Assembly (NCBI GenBank): GCA_001917855.1
Contig: MNEU01000005.1
Coordinates: forward strand, 813 to 64,812
DNA length: 64,000 bases
Direction: 5' to 3'
Source of the DNA: Armatimonadetes bacterium 13_1_40CM_64_14
Lineage (GTDB): Bacteria > Sysuimicrobiota > Sysuimicrobiia > Sysuimicrobiales > Kaftiobacteriaceae
The notes under the pieces are model-generated. The model searched no databases, was not told where the DNA came from, and saw nothing but the letters and a program-made list of their open reading frames with translations. Position numbers and translations under genes: made by a program. Shown one piece after another: positions 27,540 to 36,184 of this stretch. Within the stretch, counting starts at the first letter, position 1. Every line of letters begins with the position of its first letter.

Positions 27540-27790
27540 CCGGTACGCGGGTGTGTCCCCGTACGCGGTCGCGTCGTCTACCGGGGTGCTGGTTTCCAGA
27601 GGTAGACTTCGCAGCCTTGGGGGTCCTTGAACGCGGCCCACCAACCGTATTCGGAGACCTCGGTCTTTGGAGTGACGATCTTCCCCCGCGCAGCCTTGAT
27701 TTCGGCGAGTTAGGCGTCGATGACGGTGACGTCAAGGTACGTCCTCACCGAGGATTTGGCCGGTAGCGTCTTCGCTTTGTAGATAGCCGC
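27540..27790 (-). pseudogene. VOC/glyoxalase-family gene remnant. It is interrupted by TnpB element copy 2 and carries an internal frameshift
   Basis: The minus strand encodes ...YLDVTVIDA* and then, in another frame, LAEIKAARGKIVTPKTEVSEYGWWAAFKDPQGCEVYLWKP*. The N-terminal part is missing at the IS right end. Confidence 0.45.
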
Positions 27791-28990
27791 CGGGACCAGA
27801 GCAGAGGCGATTATCCCCTCGACGTAGGGTGGGGACTTGTCGCTGCCCTTGCGGACGCGACCATCGGCGCATCGCCACGCGCCCAGGCACGCACGTTCCG
27901 TGCCGCGATGACGTCGGCCGGCTCCTCATGCCCGCACCGACGACAGCTGAATGCTGCTTGCGAGCGGCGGTTCCGCTTGTCCACATGACCACAGACCGGG
28001 CAGGTGCGACTCGTGTTGGCCGGATCCACGAAGACGACCGGTATCCCGGCTTTCGCGGCCTTGTAGACAATGAACTGCCGCAGTTGTCCGAACGCCCAGT
28101 TGTGCAGTCGGGCCCGCTGGCGGCGCCTGGCCTTTATCCTGTCGCGGATGCCCCGGAGGTCTTCCAGGGCGATACCGCAGCAGAGCCGTTGCGCCTTGGC
28201 CACTACCCGTTTGGCGATCCTGTGGTTGACATCCCGCTGGTATCGCCCTTGCCGTCCGGAGATTTGCCTGAGCTTGCGCCGCGCCGCCCGCGTGCCCCGC
28301 TTCTGCAGGCGAGCGCGCCGGTGGACGTAGATCCGCCGTTTTTCTTCCACCGCCTGACCGCTGTAGGCCTCCGCCTCGCTGTCCGTGAGCAGGTTCACCG
28401 TCCCCAGGTCGCAGCCCAGGTAATCCTGCACGGGGGCGGGGGGCGGGACGTCCACCTCCACCACCTGATGCAGGATGAACTTGCCCCGCCGATAGCACAG
28501 CACCGCCTGATGGCGACTGGACAACCAGGCCTGCGGGCGGGCGGTAAACGGGATCCGAAAGCCATACATCGACACCGTGCCGTCGCGCTTGTACCGATGC
28601 TTGTAGATGGGGATCGCCCCGCGTCGCCGAAAGGTGGCTTGGTGCTGTCGGCGCTGTTTGTTGCGGTACGCGTAGGCGACCTTGCGGATGACCACGACAG
28701 TTGCTGCCGCGGGGATCTGAAACCGCTCCCGTACCTCCCGATAGGCGCGGCGCTGGAGAGGCAACCAGTGCCAGAGGCGTTCTCGGAACGCGACGCCGGA
28801 CAGCCAGTTCGCCGCGGCATTGAACCGCTCGAGCCAGGCGATCAGCTGGGCGGGGTCAGGCGGGTGCAGACGGACGGTCTCAACATGATCCATCAGTATA
28901 TCAGCAGTATAATACTTTACGCGTCACGTGGCAACTACCTACGTCGCCAAAGCAGATATTCTTGCTTCATGTCTTTATGGACGACCCCGT
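27786..28990 (-). mobile_element. IS1341-like TnpB-only element, copy 2 (complete). It has an AT-richer left end and no tnpA
   Basis: Full-length tnpB. Similarity to copy 1 stops about 5 nt past the stop codon. The lower-GC 28894-28990 segment is the presumed left end, and its boundary is approximate. Confidence 0.6.
27811..28893 (-). CDS. tnpB: IS200/IS605-family TnpB (OrfB), full length
   Basis: 360 aa. RuvC-I/II/III motifs and a zinc finger. Paralogue of the copy at 1..779. Confidence 0.9.
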   Translation of the reverse strand: MDHVETVRLHPPDPAQLIAWLERFNAAANWLSGVAFRERLWHWLPLQRRAYREVRERFQIPAAATVVVIRKVAYAYRNKQRRQHQATFRRRGAIPIYKHRYKRDGTVSMYGFRIPFTARPQAWLSSRHQAVLCYRRGKFILHQVVEVDVPPPAPVQDYLGCDLGTVNLLTDSEAEAYSGQAVEEKRRIYVHRRARLQKRGTRAARRKLRQISGRQGRYQRDVNHRIAKRVVAKAQRLCCGIALEDLRGIRDRIKARRRQRARLHNWAFGQLRQFIVYKAAKAGIPVVFVDPANTSRTCPVCGHVDKRNRRSQAAFSCRRCGHEEPADVIAARNVRAWARGDAPMVASARAATSPHPTSRG

Positions 28991-29110
28991 GTATCGGCGA
29001 TCTCCTCCCTCAGTGCGGACTACCACGGGTTCATGCCCGAGGAGTCGAACCCTCTTTAACCGGTAGGCAGGCCGACCCATTCGGTCGAAGTAGTCGACCT
29101 AGGAGGCGGG

Positions 29111-29794
29111 ATGACCATGACGGTGCAACTGTGGCGGGCAGTGCTGGCGGAGGCCGTTGGGACGTTCACGCTGATCTTCATCGGTGCCGGATCCATTATT
29201 GCCGACCAGATGAGTGGTGGCCGGTTGGGACTTGTGGGCATCGCCCTGGCCCACGGGCTTGCGATCGCCACGATGGTCGCAGCCGCGGGCCACGTCTCCG
29301 GGGGCCACTTCAACCCTGCGGTGACCGCGGGGTTTGTTCTCGTCCGGCGACTCCCGCTGCGGCAGGGGGTCGCGTACGGGATTGCCCAGCTCGTCGGTGG
29401 TTCTGTAGGAGCGTTCTTGCTGACCGCGTCGTTTCCGGAGGCTGCCCGCCGCGCGGTGCACCTCGGCACACCCGCTCTAGGAAACGCGGTGCCCCCGGGG
29501 ACGGGCATCGTCATCGAGGCGGTCCTGACCTTCTTGCTCGTCTTCGTCATCTTCGGGACTGCCGTGGACACCCGAGGGCCGCGCACCATTGCCGGGATGA
29601 TGATCGGCCTGGTCATTGCGATGGACATCTTGGCAGGCGGCGTGCTCACCGGGGCGGCGATGAACCCTGCGCGCGCGTTTGGGCCGGCGCTGTTCTCAGG
29701 GTTCTGGCAAAATCAGCTCGTGTACTGGATCGGGCCGCTCTTGGGCGGGACAGCGGCGGCACTCCTGTATGAGGCGGCGCTGATACGCCCGTAG
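29111..29794 (+). CDS. aqpZ: aquaporin/MIP-family channel
   Basis: Two NPA boxes (HFNPAVT, MNPARA) and six TM segments. Confidence 0.85.
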   Translation: MTMTVQLWRAVLAEAVGTFTLIFIGAGSIIADQMSGGRLGLVGIALAHGLAIATMVAAAGHVSGGHFNPAVTAGFVLVRRLPLRQGVAYGIAQLVGGSVGAFLLTASFPEAARRAVHLGTPALGNAVPPGTGIVIEAVLTFLLVFVIFGTAVDTRGPRTIAGMMIGLVIAMDILAGGVLTGAAMNPARAFGPALFSGFWQNQLVYWIGPLLGGTAAALLYEAALIRP

Positions 29795-29886
29795 GGCGCG
29801 ACTTGCGCCTTTTTCGTTGCGGGTACGCCTTCAGGCAGCAGATGGCAGGATTTCGCGACGTGGCAGTCGGCGAGGGAGGGCACACC

Positions 29887-30546
29887 ATGAAGCTCACGTA
29901 TTACGGGCACTCGTGTTTTGTGCTGGAGGCGGACGGCACATCGATCCTCATCGATCCGTTCAACGCGGAGGTCGGCTATCCGCTTCCTACCGTTTCCCCG
30001 GCGGCGGTGGTCGTGTCGCATGAGCACCAGGACCACAATAACGTCCAGGCCGCTGCCGGGACACCGAAGGTGATCCGGGGCTTGCGCGAAGGAGGCAAGG
30101 AGTGGGCAGAGGTGCGCGAGCGCGTGGGCCCTGTGGCGCTCACGACGGTGCATGTCTACCATGACGACGCCCGCGGCGCCAAGCGGGGCAAGAATGCCAT
30201 GTTTATCTTTGATGTGGAAGGTTTGCGCATTGTCCACGCGGGCGACCTCGCTCATGCGTTGTCCCCCGAGCACATTGCGGCCGTTGACCACGTCGACGTG
30301 CTGATGATTCCTATTGGAGGCCACTTTACGATCGGGTCGCAGGAGGCGGAAGCCGTCATTGGCCAGGTGAAGCCGCGAATCACAATCCCGATGCACTATA
30401 AGACAAGCGTGAATGCGGACTGGCCGATTGGGACGGTGGAGGATTTCATCCGGGGCAAGCCGCGTGTCAAGCGCCTGAGTAAGAACGCGACCATCACGAA
30501 GGCCGCGCTCCCCGCCGAGGCGGAGATCTGGGTGTTGCAGGTCTGA
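29887..30546 (+). CDS. metal-dependent hydrolase, MBL fold (UPF0173-like)
   Basis: MKLTYYGHSCF..., SHEHQDH and HAGD motifs. Confidence 0.7.
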   Translation: MKLTYYGHSCFVLEADGTSILIDPFNAEVGYPLPTVSPAAVVVSHEHQDHNNVQAAAGTPKVIRGLREGGKEWAEVRERVGPVALTTVHVYHDDARGAKRGKNAMFIFDVEGLRIVHAGDLAHALSPEHIAAVDHVDVLMIPIGGHFTIGSQEAEAVIGQVKPRITIPMHYKTSVNADWPIGTVEDFIRGKPRVKRLSKNATITKAALPAEAEIWVLQV

Positions 30547-30596
30547 GGAGTCTGCGGCGATCAGGCTGCGCCCATGGGGGCGCGGGCGCAGCCTGA

Positions 30597-32150
30597 TCAC
30601 ATAGTGTTCGAAGTCCCCGCGAGGTAGGTGAGCAGAGTCCGCACGCCGTAGCCCGTCCCGCCGGTGGGCACGTAAGGGTTGGTGCCTTCCTCTTTATCCA
30701 GAAACGCCGTCGGTGCAATGTCGAGGTGGGCCCACGGCCGCCCATCGACAAACTCCCGCATGAAGATGGCCCCTTTTTGGGCCCCCCCAAACCGGGATCC
30801 CGAGTTGCGGAGATCAGCGATGGGGCTGCGCATGTTGTCCAGGAATTCTTCATACAGTGGTAGTTCCCAGAGCCGCTCTCCAGCCTGCTGCGCCGCGGCC
30901 AGGAGACGCTGGATCAGGGGTGGGTCGTTGCCCATGACCGCGGCGGCCAGGTAGCCGAAGGCCACCAGGGCCGAGCCGGTGAGCGTGGCGAGATCGATGA
31001 TCTCGTCGGGGCGTTGCTGCGCCGCGTAGGCCAGAGCGTCCGCCAAAATGACGCGGCCTTCGGCATCGGTATTGTTGATCTCGACCGTCTTCCCATTCAT
31101 CGCGCGTACGATGTCCCCGGGTTTCACGGCGTGGCCACTAGGGAGGTTCTCCACGGCTGCCACAACACCCAGGACCCGCACCGGCGCCCCCAGGGCAGGC
31201 AGGGCCTGGAGCGTCGCCAGCACCGCGGCACCGCCGGCCATGTCCGACTTCATCCACTCGAGATCCTGCGTTTTGAGGTTGATGCCCCCGCTGTCGTAGC
31301 ACACGCCTTTGCCGACCAGGGCGATGGTCTGGCGGGCCTTGGCAGGAGAATACTCCACGACGATCAGCCGCGGCGGTTGGTCACTCCCCAGGCCGATGGC
31401 GAGCAAGGCCTCCATGCCGAGTGCCTTCATCGCGTTGACGTCCAAGACGGAGCACTTCAGCCCCACCTTGCGCGCGGTTTCGGTCGCGATCTCCGCGAGC
31501 CGCACCGGTGGAAGATGATTGGGGGGCTCGTTGACGAGGTCGCGGGCAAACACAGTGGCGTCGGCAAACAGCCGGCCACGACTCACTCCCGCCTCCATCA
31601 GTTTTTGCTGCGCGGGGTCGGCGGCTAACAGGGTGACGTGGGCCACGTGCCCGACCTCATCGCGTTTGTAGCGGAGGAACCGGTACGCGCCGAGGATGGC
31701 CCCCTCCACGCGGGCCTGCGTCGCCTCCTCTGGGCCAAGACTCGGAATCAGGGCAGGCGCGATTCCAACGCGAGCGGCGTGCACCCGCGCCGCCTGTCGG
31801 ACGACGGTCGCCGCAGCCCGGCGCACGTGGTCGAGCGACAGCGAGCTCTTGGAGCCCAAGCCGACCGCGATGATCTTGCGGGCGGGAATGCGTCCGTGCG
31901 TGTGGACGACGAGCGTGCTCCCTAATTTACCGTCGAACTTTTCCTCCGCCAGCACAGTGGAAAGCAGGCCCCCCAGCGCCTTGTCGACGCGGGCGGCCGC
32001 CCCGTCGAGCGCCGGACTGTCGGCGGCGATGCCCACGCCCAGCGCATCGCACGCCAAGGCTTCGGGGGCGTCTAGCGAAACGGCAAACTCCACGGCTACA
32101 CTCTCCTCAGTGGGAAAGCTGGGGTGGGCAATCGGAACATTGTGCTGCAT
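30597..32150 (-). CDS. pepA: leucyl aminopeptidase (M17)
   Basis: NTDAEGRVILADAL, plus GKGVCYDSGG and other M17 motifs. Confidence 0.9.
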   Translation of the reverse strand: MQHNVPIAHPSFPTEESVAVEFAVSLDAPEALACDALGVGIAADSPALDGAAARVDKALGGLLSTVLAEEKFDGKLGSTLVVHTHGRIPARKIIAVGLGSKSSLSLDHVRRAAATVVRQAARVHAARVGIAPALIPSLGPEEATQARVEGAILGAYRFLRYKRDEVGHVAHVTLLAADPAQQKLMEAGVSRGRLFADATVFARDLVNEPPNHLPPVRLAEIATETARKVGLKCSVLDVNAMKALGMEALLAIGLGSDQPPRLIVVEYSPAKARQTIALVGKGVCYDSGGINLKTQDLEWMKSDMAGGAAVLATLQALPALGAPVRVLGVVAAVENLPSGHAVKPGDIVRAMNGKTVEINNTDAEGRVILADALAYAAQQRPDEIIDLATLTGSALVAFGYLAAAVMGNDPPLIQRLLAAAQQAGERLWELPLYEEFLDNMRSPIADLRNSGSRFGGAQKGAIFMREFVDGRPWAHLDIAPTAFLDKEEGTNPYVPTGGTGYGVRTLLTYLAGTSNTM

Positions 32151-32180
32151 CGGCGATCGACCGATGCCGCGCCTTGGACG

Positions 32181-33155
32181 TCAGGCCCCCCGCGTCATGT
32201 CCTTTTGAAGTTGTTCTCCAACTCCGATCTGTATGGCGCGATCGTAGGCGAGTTTCATCGTGGCCACGTCTTCGGCTGCAATGCCCTGTGATTCGAACAG
32301 GGTGATCTGCTCCGCCGACGTGCGGCCCGCGGCCTCGGCCACGACAATTGAGCCCAGCTCGACGATCCGATCCCACGAGCCCCGCCCCCCCTGGACGGCC
32401 GCAATGAGATCTCCGGATTCCTGTTGGGCCTGCTCTAGATCGTCGACGACGATGCGGTCGCTGCGCGCCACGGCCTCGCCGTCGAGTTCGCGCCGGGTGG
32501 CGGCATTCGATCCAATCGCGTTGATGTGCACGCCCGGTGCCACCCACTCCCCGAGCAGGACCGGATCTTTGGCCGTCGTCGCTGTCACAATGATATCGAC
32601 CGCATCGACCGCGTCGCGGGCGCTGTCGACGGCCACGACCTCCCCGCCCAGCTCCTCCACCATCTCGTCCGCGAAAGCCTCCCGGTGCGCGGCCGTCCGA
32701 CTGTAGCATTTCACCAAGGCGATCGGCCGGACCCGGCTAATGGCAATCACTTGAGTGCGCGCTTGCTTTCCAGTGCCGAGCACGCCGAGTGCTCCAGCAT
32801 CCGCCCGCGCGAGATACTTAGTGGCCACCGCGCTTGCCGCGCCCGTCCGCAATTGGCCTAACAGATCGACCTCCATCATCGCCAGCAGTTCGCCGGTGTC
32901 GACGCTGTAGAGCATTCCGAGGAAGCGCGCCCCGCCGCTCGTGCTCGTGTACGCCTTCAACCCCATGGCACCCAGTGGTGGAAGGGCCGCCGACATCACG
33001 TGCAGGACCGTTCCGGTCGTGGTGGTCGACCGCTGGCGGGGGCGGTTGACGCCCTTGTGCTGTCCGAGATGGCGGAAGGCGTCTTCGACGGCGCGGATGA
33101 CGTCGTCCATCTTCAAAACGCGCGCCACGTCGGCTTCGCGGAGCAGCAGGGGCAT
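32181..33155 (-). CDS. ornithine cyclodeaminase/mu-crystallin family protein
   Basis: OCD-family layout with a Rossmann GVLGTGKQA motif. Start chosen at MPLLLREADV. Confidence 0.75.
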   Translation of the reverse strand: MPLLLREADVARVLKMDDVIRAVEDAFRHLGQHKGVNRPRQRSTTTTGTVLHVMSAALPPLGAMGLKAYTSTSGGARFLGMLYSVDTGELLAMMEVDLLGQLRTGAASAVATKYLARADAGALGVLGTGKQARTQVIAISRVRPIALVKCYSRTAAHREAFADEMVEELGGEVVAVDSARDAVDAVDIIVTATTAKDPVLLGEWVAPGVHINAIGSNAATRRELDGEAVARSDRIVVDDLEQAQQESGDLIAAVQGGRGSWDRIVELGSIVVAEAAGRTSAEQITLFESQGIAAEDVATMKLAYDRAIQIGVGEQLQKDMTRGA

Positions 33156-33238
33156 GGCCACACAATTCTCGGCGCGGCGAAGTGCTCCTCTCAGCACCCA
33201 GGGACTGGTCCTCGAACGCGCAACAGTCTAGACAAGGA

Positions 33239-34462
33239 ATGCGACGCATGAGGATCGATGAGAGCTGGTATCGAAAGCCCCCGGGTGTCCCGGAACACAC
33301 GTCCGCGGGCGGGGTCGTGGTACGTCCTGGCGACGCCCAGCTCTTTGTCGCCCTGATCCGTGAGGGGGGTCAACCAGGATACGTGCTCCCCAAAGGCCAC
33401 GTCGAGCCGGGCGAGTCCCTCGACGAGGCGGCGGCGCGCGAAGTCTCCGAGGAGGCGGGGTTGGCCGGGTTGACCACGCTCGGCGAGATTGCGGTGCGAG
33501 AGCGCCTCAATCTCAAGAAGACCTCTTGGAAGCGGACGCATTACTTCCTGTATGTCGCAGGCCCGGGGAGCAGTGTGCAGGGGCTGGCCGAGTGGTTCTC
33601 CCTCGACGCCCTGCCACCGATGTTTTGGCCCGAGCAGCGCGAGTTGCTGGAGGCGTGCCGATCCCAGATTGCTGTCCTGGTCGCCCAGTCCCTCCAGGCA
33701 GGCCGCGATCCGCGCAAGGAGGCTACACAGCGTCAGTTCGGACAACGTGCTCGCGCCTATGCCCACAGTGCCAGCCATCGGCACGACACGGATCTTGATC
33801 TGTTAGTGGAACACCTGAAGCCGACTTCGTCCGACTGTCTACTTGACGTTGCGACCGGAACCGGATTTACGGCCGTTGCCTTCGGCCCGCTTGTGCGTTC
33901 CGTCGTCGGGGTGGACCTGACGTGGGAGATGCTGCAAGAAGCCGAGGCCCTCCGCTCCGGTCGCGACCGCATCAGGTGGGCCGTCGCTGATGCGGACGCG
34001 TTACCGTTTGCGGATGCGACGTTCACTGCGGTGACCTGCCGGCGCGCCGCACACCACTTCGTCCACCTGGAGCACGCGATTCGAGAAATGCTGCGCGTGC
34101 TGGCCGTCGGCGGCCGGATCGGCCTGGTGGATCAGGTGCTCCCGGACGACGAACCGGGCGGAACGCTGATGGAATCGATGGAGATCTTGAGAGATCCCAG
34201 TCATGTGCGGGCGCTTCCCGCCAGCCGCTGGCAGGCGCTATTGGCGAGGGCGGGAGTCGCGCTCTCACTCATGCAGACTGTGGAACGGCGTCTGGCCGTC
34301 TCGGAGTGGCTGGAGCTGGCGGGCACCGATCTCGCCCGCCGCGACGCGATCGAGGCGGCGCTTCGGCGTGCGTCCCCGCAGGCTCGGGAGCAGATCGGAT
34401 ACGCGGCGACGCAGAATCCAACATTCCTGAAGCGATGGGTTATTCTCGTGGGGACGAAATGA
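33239..34462 (+). CDS. NUDIX hydrolase fused to a class I SAM-dependent methyltransferase
   Basis: NUDIX box GHVEPGESLDEAAAREVSEEAGL in the N-terminal third. Methyltransf_11-like LLDVATGTGF...LAVGGRIGLVDQV in the C-terminal half. Confidence 0.65.
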   Translation: MRRMRIDESWYRKPPGVPEHTSAGGVVVRPGDAQLFVALIREGGQPGYVLPKGHVEPGESLDEAAAREVSEEAGLAGLTTLGEIAVRERLNLKKTSWKRTHYFLYVAGPGSSVQGLAEWFSLDALPPMFWPEQRELLEACRSQIAVLVAQSLQAGRDPRKEATQRQFGQRARAYAHSASHRHDTDLDLLVEHLKPTSSDCLLDVATGTGFTAVAFGPLVRSVVGVDLTWEMLQEAEALRSGRDRIRWAVADADALPFADATFTAVTCRRAAHHFVHLEHAIREMLRVLAVGGRIGLVDQVLPDDEPGGTLMESMEILRDPSHVRALPASRWQALLARAGVALSLMQTVERRLAVSEWLELAGTDLARRDAIEAALRRASPQAREQIGYAATQNPTFLKRWVILVGTK

Positions 34463-34530
34463 GCGAAGCAGGGAGCACAGACCCCCCGCGCCGCTGTCTC
34501 GGGGACGCTGAGGTTCTCGCGCTCTCCGTG

Positions 34531-35379
34531 TTACGTGAGGACCGTGTCCACAAGGTCCTGGCGTGCCTTCAGGGCTGGAGAGGGGATGTCGGCGTAGGCC
34601 TTCCACGCGTCCCAGATCCGGTCGCGTAGCGCAGGCGCAATGTCCAAGTGGAGCGCGGGCTCCGTCCAGGGGGCGACGTTAACTTCTAGCGCCAGCTGGT
34701 CACAGAAGTCTAAGCAAGCCTCGAGGTAGGCGATGGCCCTCGCGCCATCGACGGGGCCCGCCGAAAACTTCTGCCCCGCCCGATCCTCGAAGGCGGCGAT
34801 AAGCACCCTGGTCATCCCGGCGAGCGCGGCCAAGGCGCGGACCGTGGCCCAACGCGCTTGGATATTGTGAGCGGCCTGTGCTGCCGACCAGGACGCGCTC
34901 TGGGTGACCCACCGTTCCACCGCTGCGAGGCAGCGTTGCGCGGCACGCGCCACGGCGATATCGCCGTCGTCCCGGACGCGCATCAGGATGGCCACGACAC
35001 CATCCCTCACTTTGCCGTGCTGCGCCGGCGTCGCGATGCGCGGCATCACCACCGTATCTGCAATCAACCCGTCGACGACCAATTCGATGGTCCCCCGGCT
35101 GGCGTACCGGTCGCTACGGGTAACCGTCTGGGCGATCAACTTCGTGCGGAGAGCCGGGGCCAGAGTGTGAATTGCTTCCAGCACAATGCGCAGTGGCACG
35201 TATGCTAATACAGCCCACACCAGCAGGGCGAAGAACCAGCGCTGCAGGCCTGCGCCTGAGGCGGCCATCGTCGCTAGCGTCACGATGTAACCGACGACGC
35301 AGATCACCCCCAGCGCCCGGGCAGTCGTCTGTCGGGACACCACGGTGGTCAGCGTGCTGAGGAGACGGCGGAAGGTCAT
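34531..35379 (-). CDS. hypothetical membrane-anchored protein
   Basis: Two N-terminal TM helices. No recognisable family. Confidence 0.4.
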   Translation of the reverse strand: MTFRRLLSTLTTVVSRQTTARALGVICVVGYIVTLATMAASGAGLQRWFFALLVWAVLAYVPLRIVLEAIHTLAPALRTKLIAQTVTRSDRYASRGTIELVVDGLIADTVVMPRIATPAQHGKVRDGVVAILMRVRDDGDIAVARAAQRCLAAVERWVTQSASWSAAQAAHNIQARWATVRALAALAGMTRVLIAAFEDRAGQKFSAGPVDGARAIAYLEACLDFCDQLALEVNVAPWTEPALHLDIAPALRDRIWDAWKAYADIPSPALKARQDLVDTVLT

Positions 35380-35489
35380 CTAATCGGCCGATTCTTGGCA
35401 GTGGTAGGTTTGGCATCGTCCCTCGCGTCTCCTTGAAGGGAGCATGTTCGTGAATGTGTTGTGACACATCCGGTGTACCTACCAAGGAG

Positions 35490-36056
35490 ATGCAGAGGTG
35501 GTGGGGTGCTGGGATTCTCGTGGCGGCAGGGCTCTCTTTCCTGCCGATTGGCTCTTTCGTCCTCGATCCTGCGACCAGTCAGGTGGAATTCTTCGTGCCC
35601 GATAATCGCGGTGGGTTTACCGGGGTCGCCCGCACCGTCCAGACGACGGCCGCTATCCGGGAACGAGAGGGCACGTTTACAGCGGATGTAGACGCCCATA
35701 TCGACGCGCGCAGCATAACTACCGGGTCGGGGTTGCGAGACGCCCAGATGCACCGCGACTTTCTGGTGAGTGACCAGTACCCTGTGATGGCGTTCCAGGG
35801 CACCGCGGTCCCGACCGGCTCGCTCGCGGCCCTCTCGTTTCCGGCGCGCGTGACCGGCCAGCTGACGATCAAGGGAATGACCCACGACGTGGAGTTTCCC
35901 GTGCGCGTCATCGCCCTTCAAGACAACTACCTGGTAAACGGAAAGTTCACCCTGCGCATGACAGATTTCGGGATTCCGATTCCGCGGTTCTTCATCTTCG
36001 CGGCCTCTGACCCCGTCGTGGTGACAATGCGGCTGCGGTTTACCAGCTCTCCGTAA
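35490..36056 (+). CDS. YceI-family periplasmic polyisoprenoid-binding protein
   Basis: Signal peptide. YceI-like ...SQVEFFV...FTGV...L.IKGMTHDVEFPV. Confidence 0.75.
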   Translation: MQRWWGAGILVAAGLSFLPIGSFVLDPATSQVEFFVPDNRGGFTGVARTVQTTAAIREREGTFTADVDAHIDARSITTGSGLRDAQMHRDFLVSDQYPVMAFQGTAVPTGSLAALSFPARVTGQLTIKGMTHDVEFPVRVIALQDNYLVNGKFTLRMTDFGIPIPRFFIFAASDPVVVTMRLRFTSSP

Positions 36057-36184
36057 CACCTGCCGGTCACTCCCGGTTTCCCTGTTCGCACGTGGGCCGG
36101 AAGGCAGTCGCCTCGCCCCGTCGAACCCTGGGAAACGAATCCCGCCGACTGCAAATCTGAGCGAGACCCTCAAGCGGGCCGGAG

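Noticed and set aside
1-28990. Reading the two TnpB copies as a composite transposon carrying the 27-kb interval.
   Set aside because: The interval is core housekeeping (rplY, pth, upp, hppA, pncB, dinB and others). IS200/IS605 elements transpose as single-strand circles and not as composites. The copies are ~5% diverged and their right ends face inward. An inversion substrate is the more defensible interpretation.
29025-29065. tRNA T-arm-like string (minus strand GGGTTCGACTCC) just outside the TnpB element's left end. It raises the possibility of a tRNA gene or a tRNA-derived integration scar.
   Set aside because: I could not build an acceptor stem, D-arm or anticodon arm around it. The T-stem pairing itself is poor (A-C and G-G mismatches). 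It is most likely a coincidence in GC-rich DNA.
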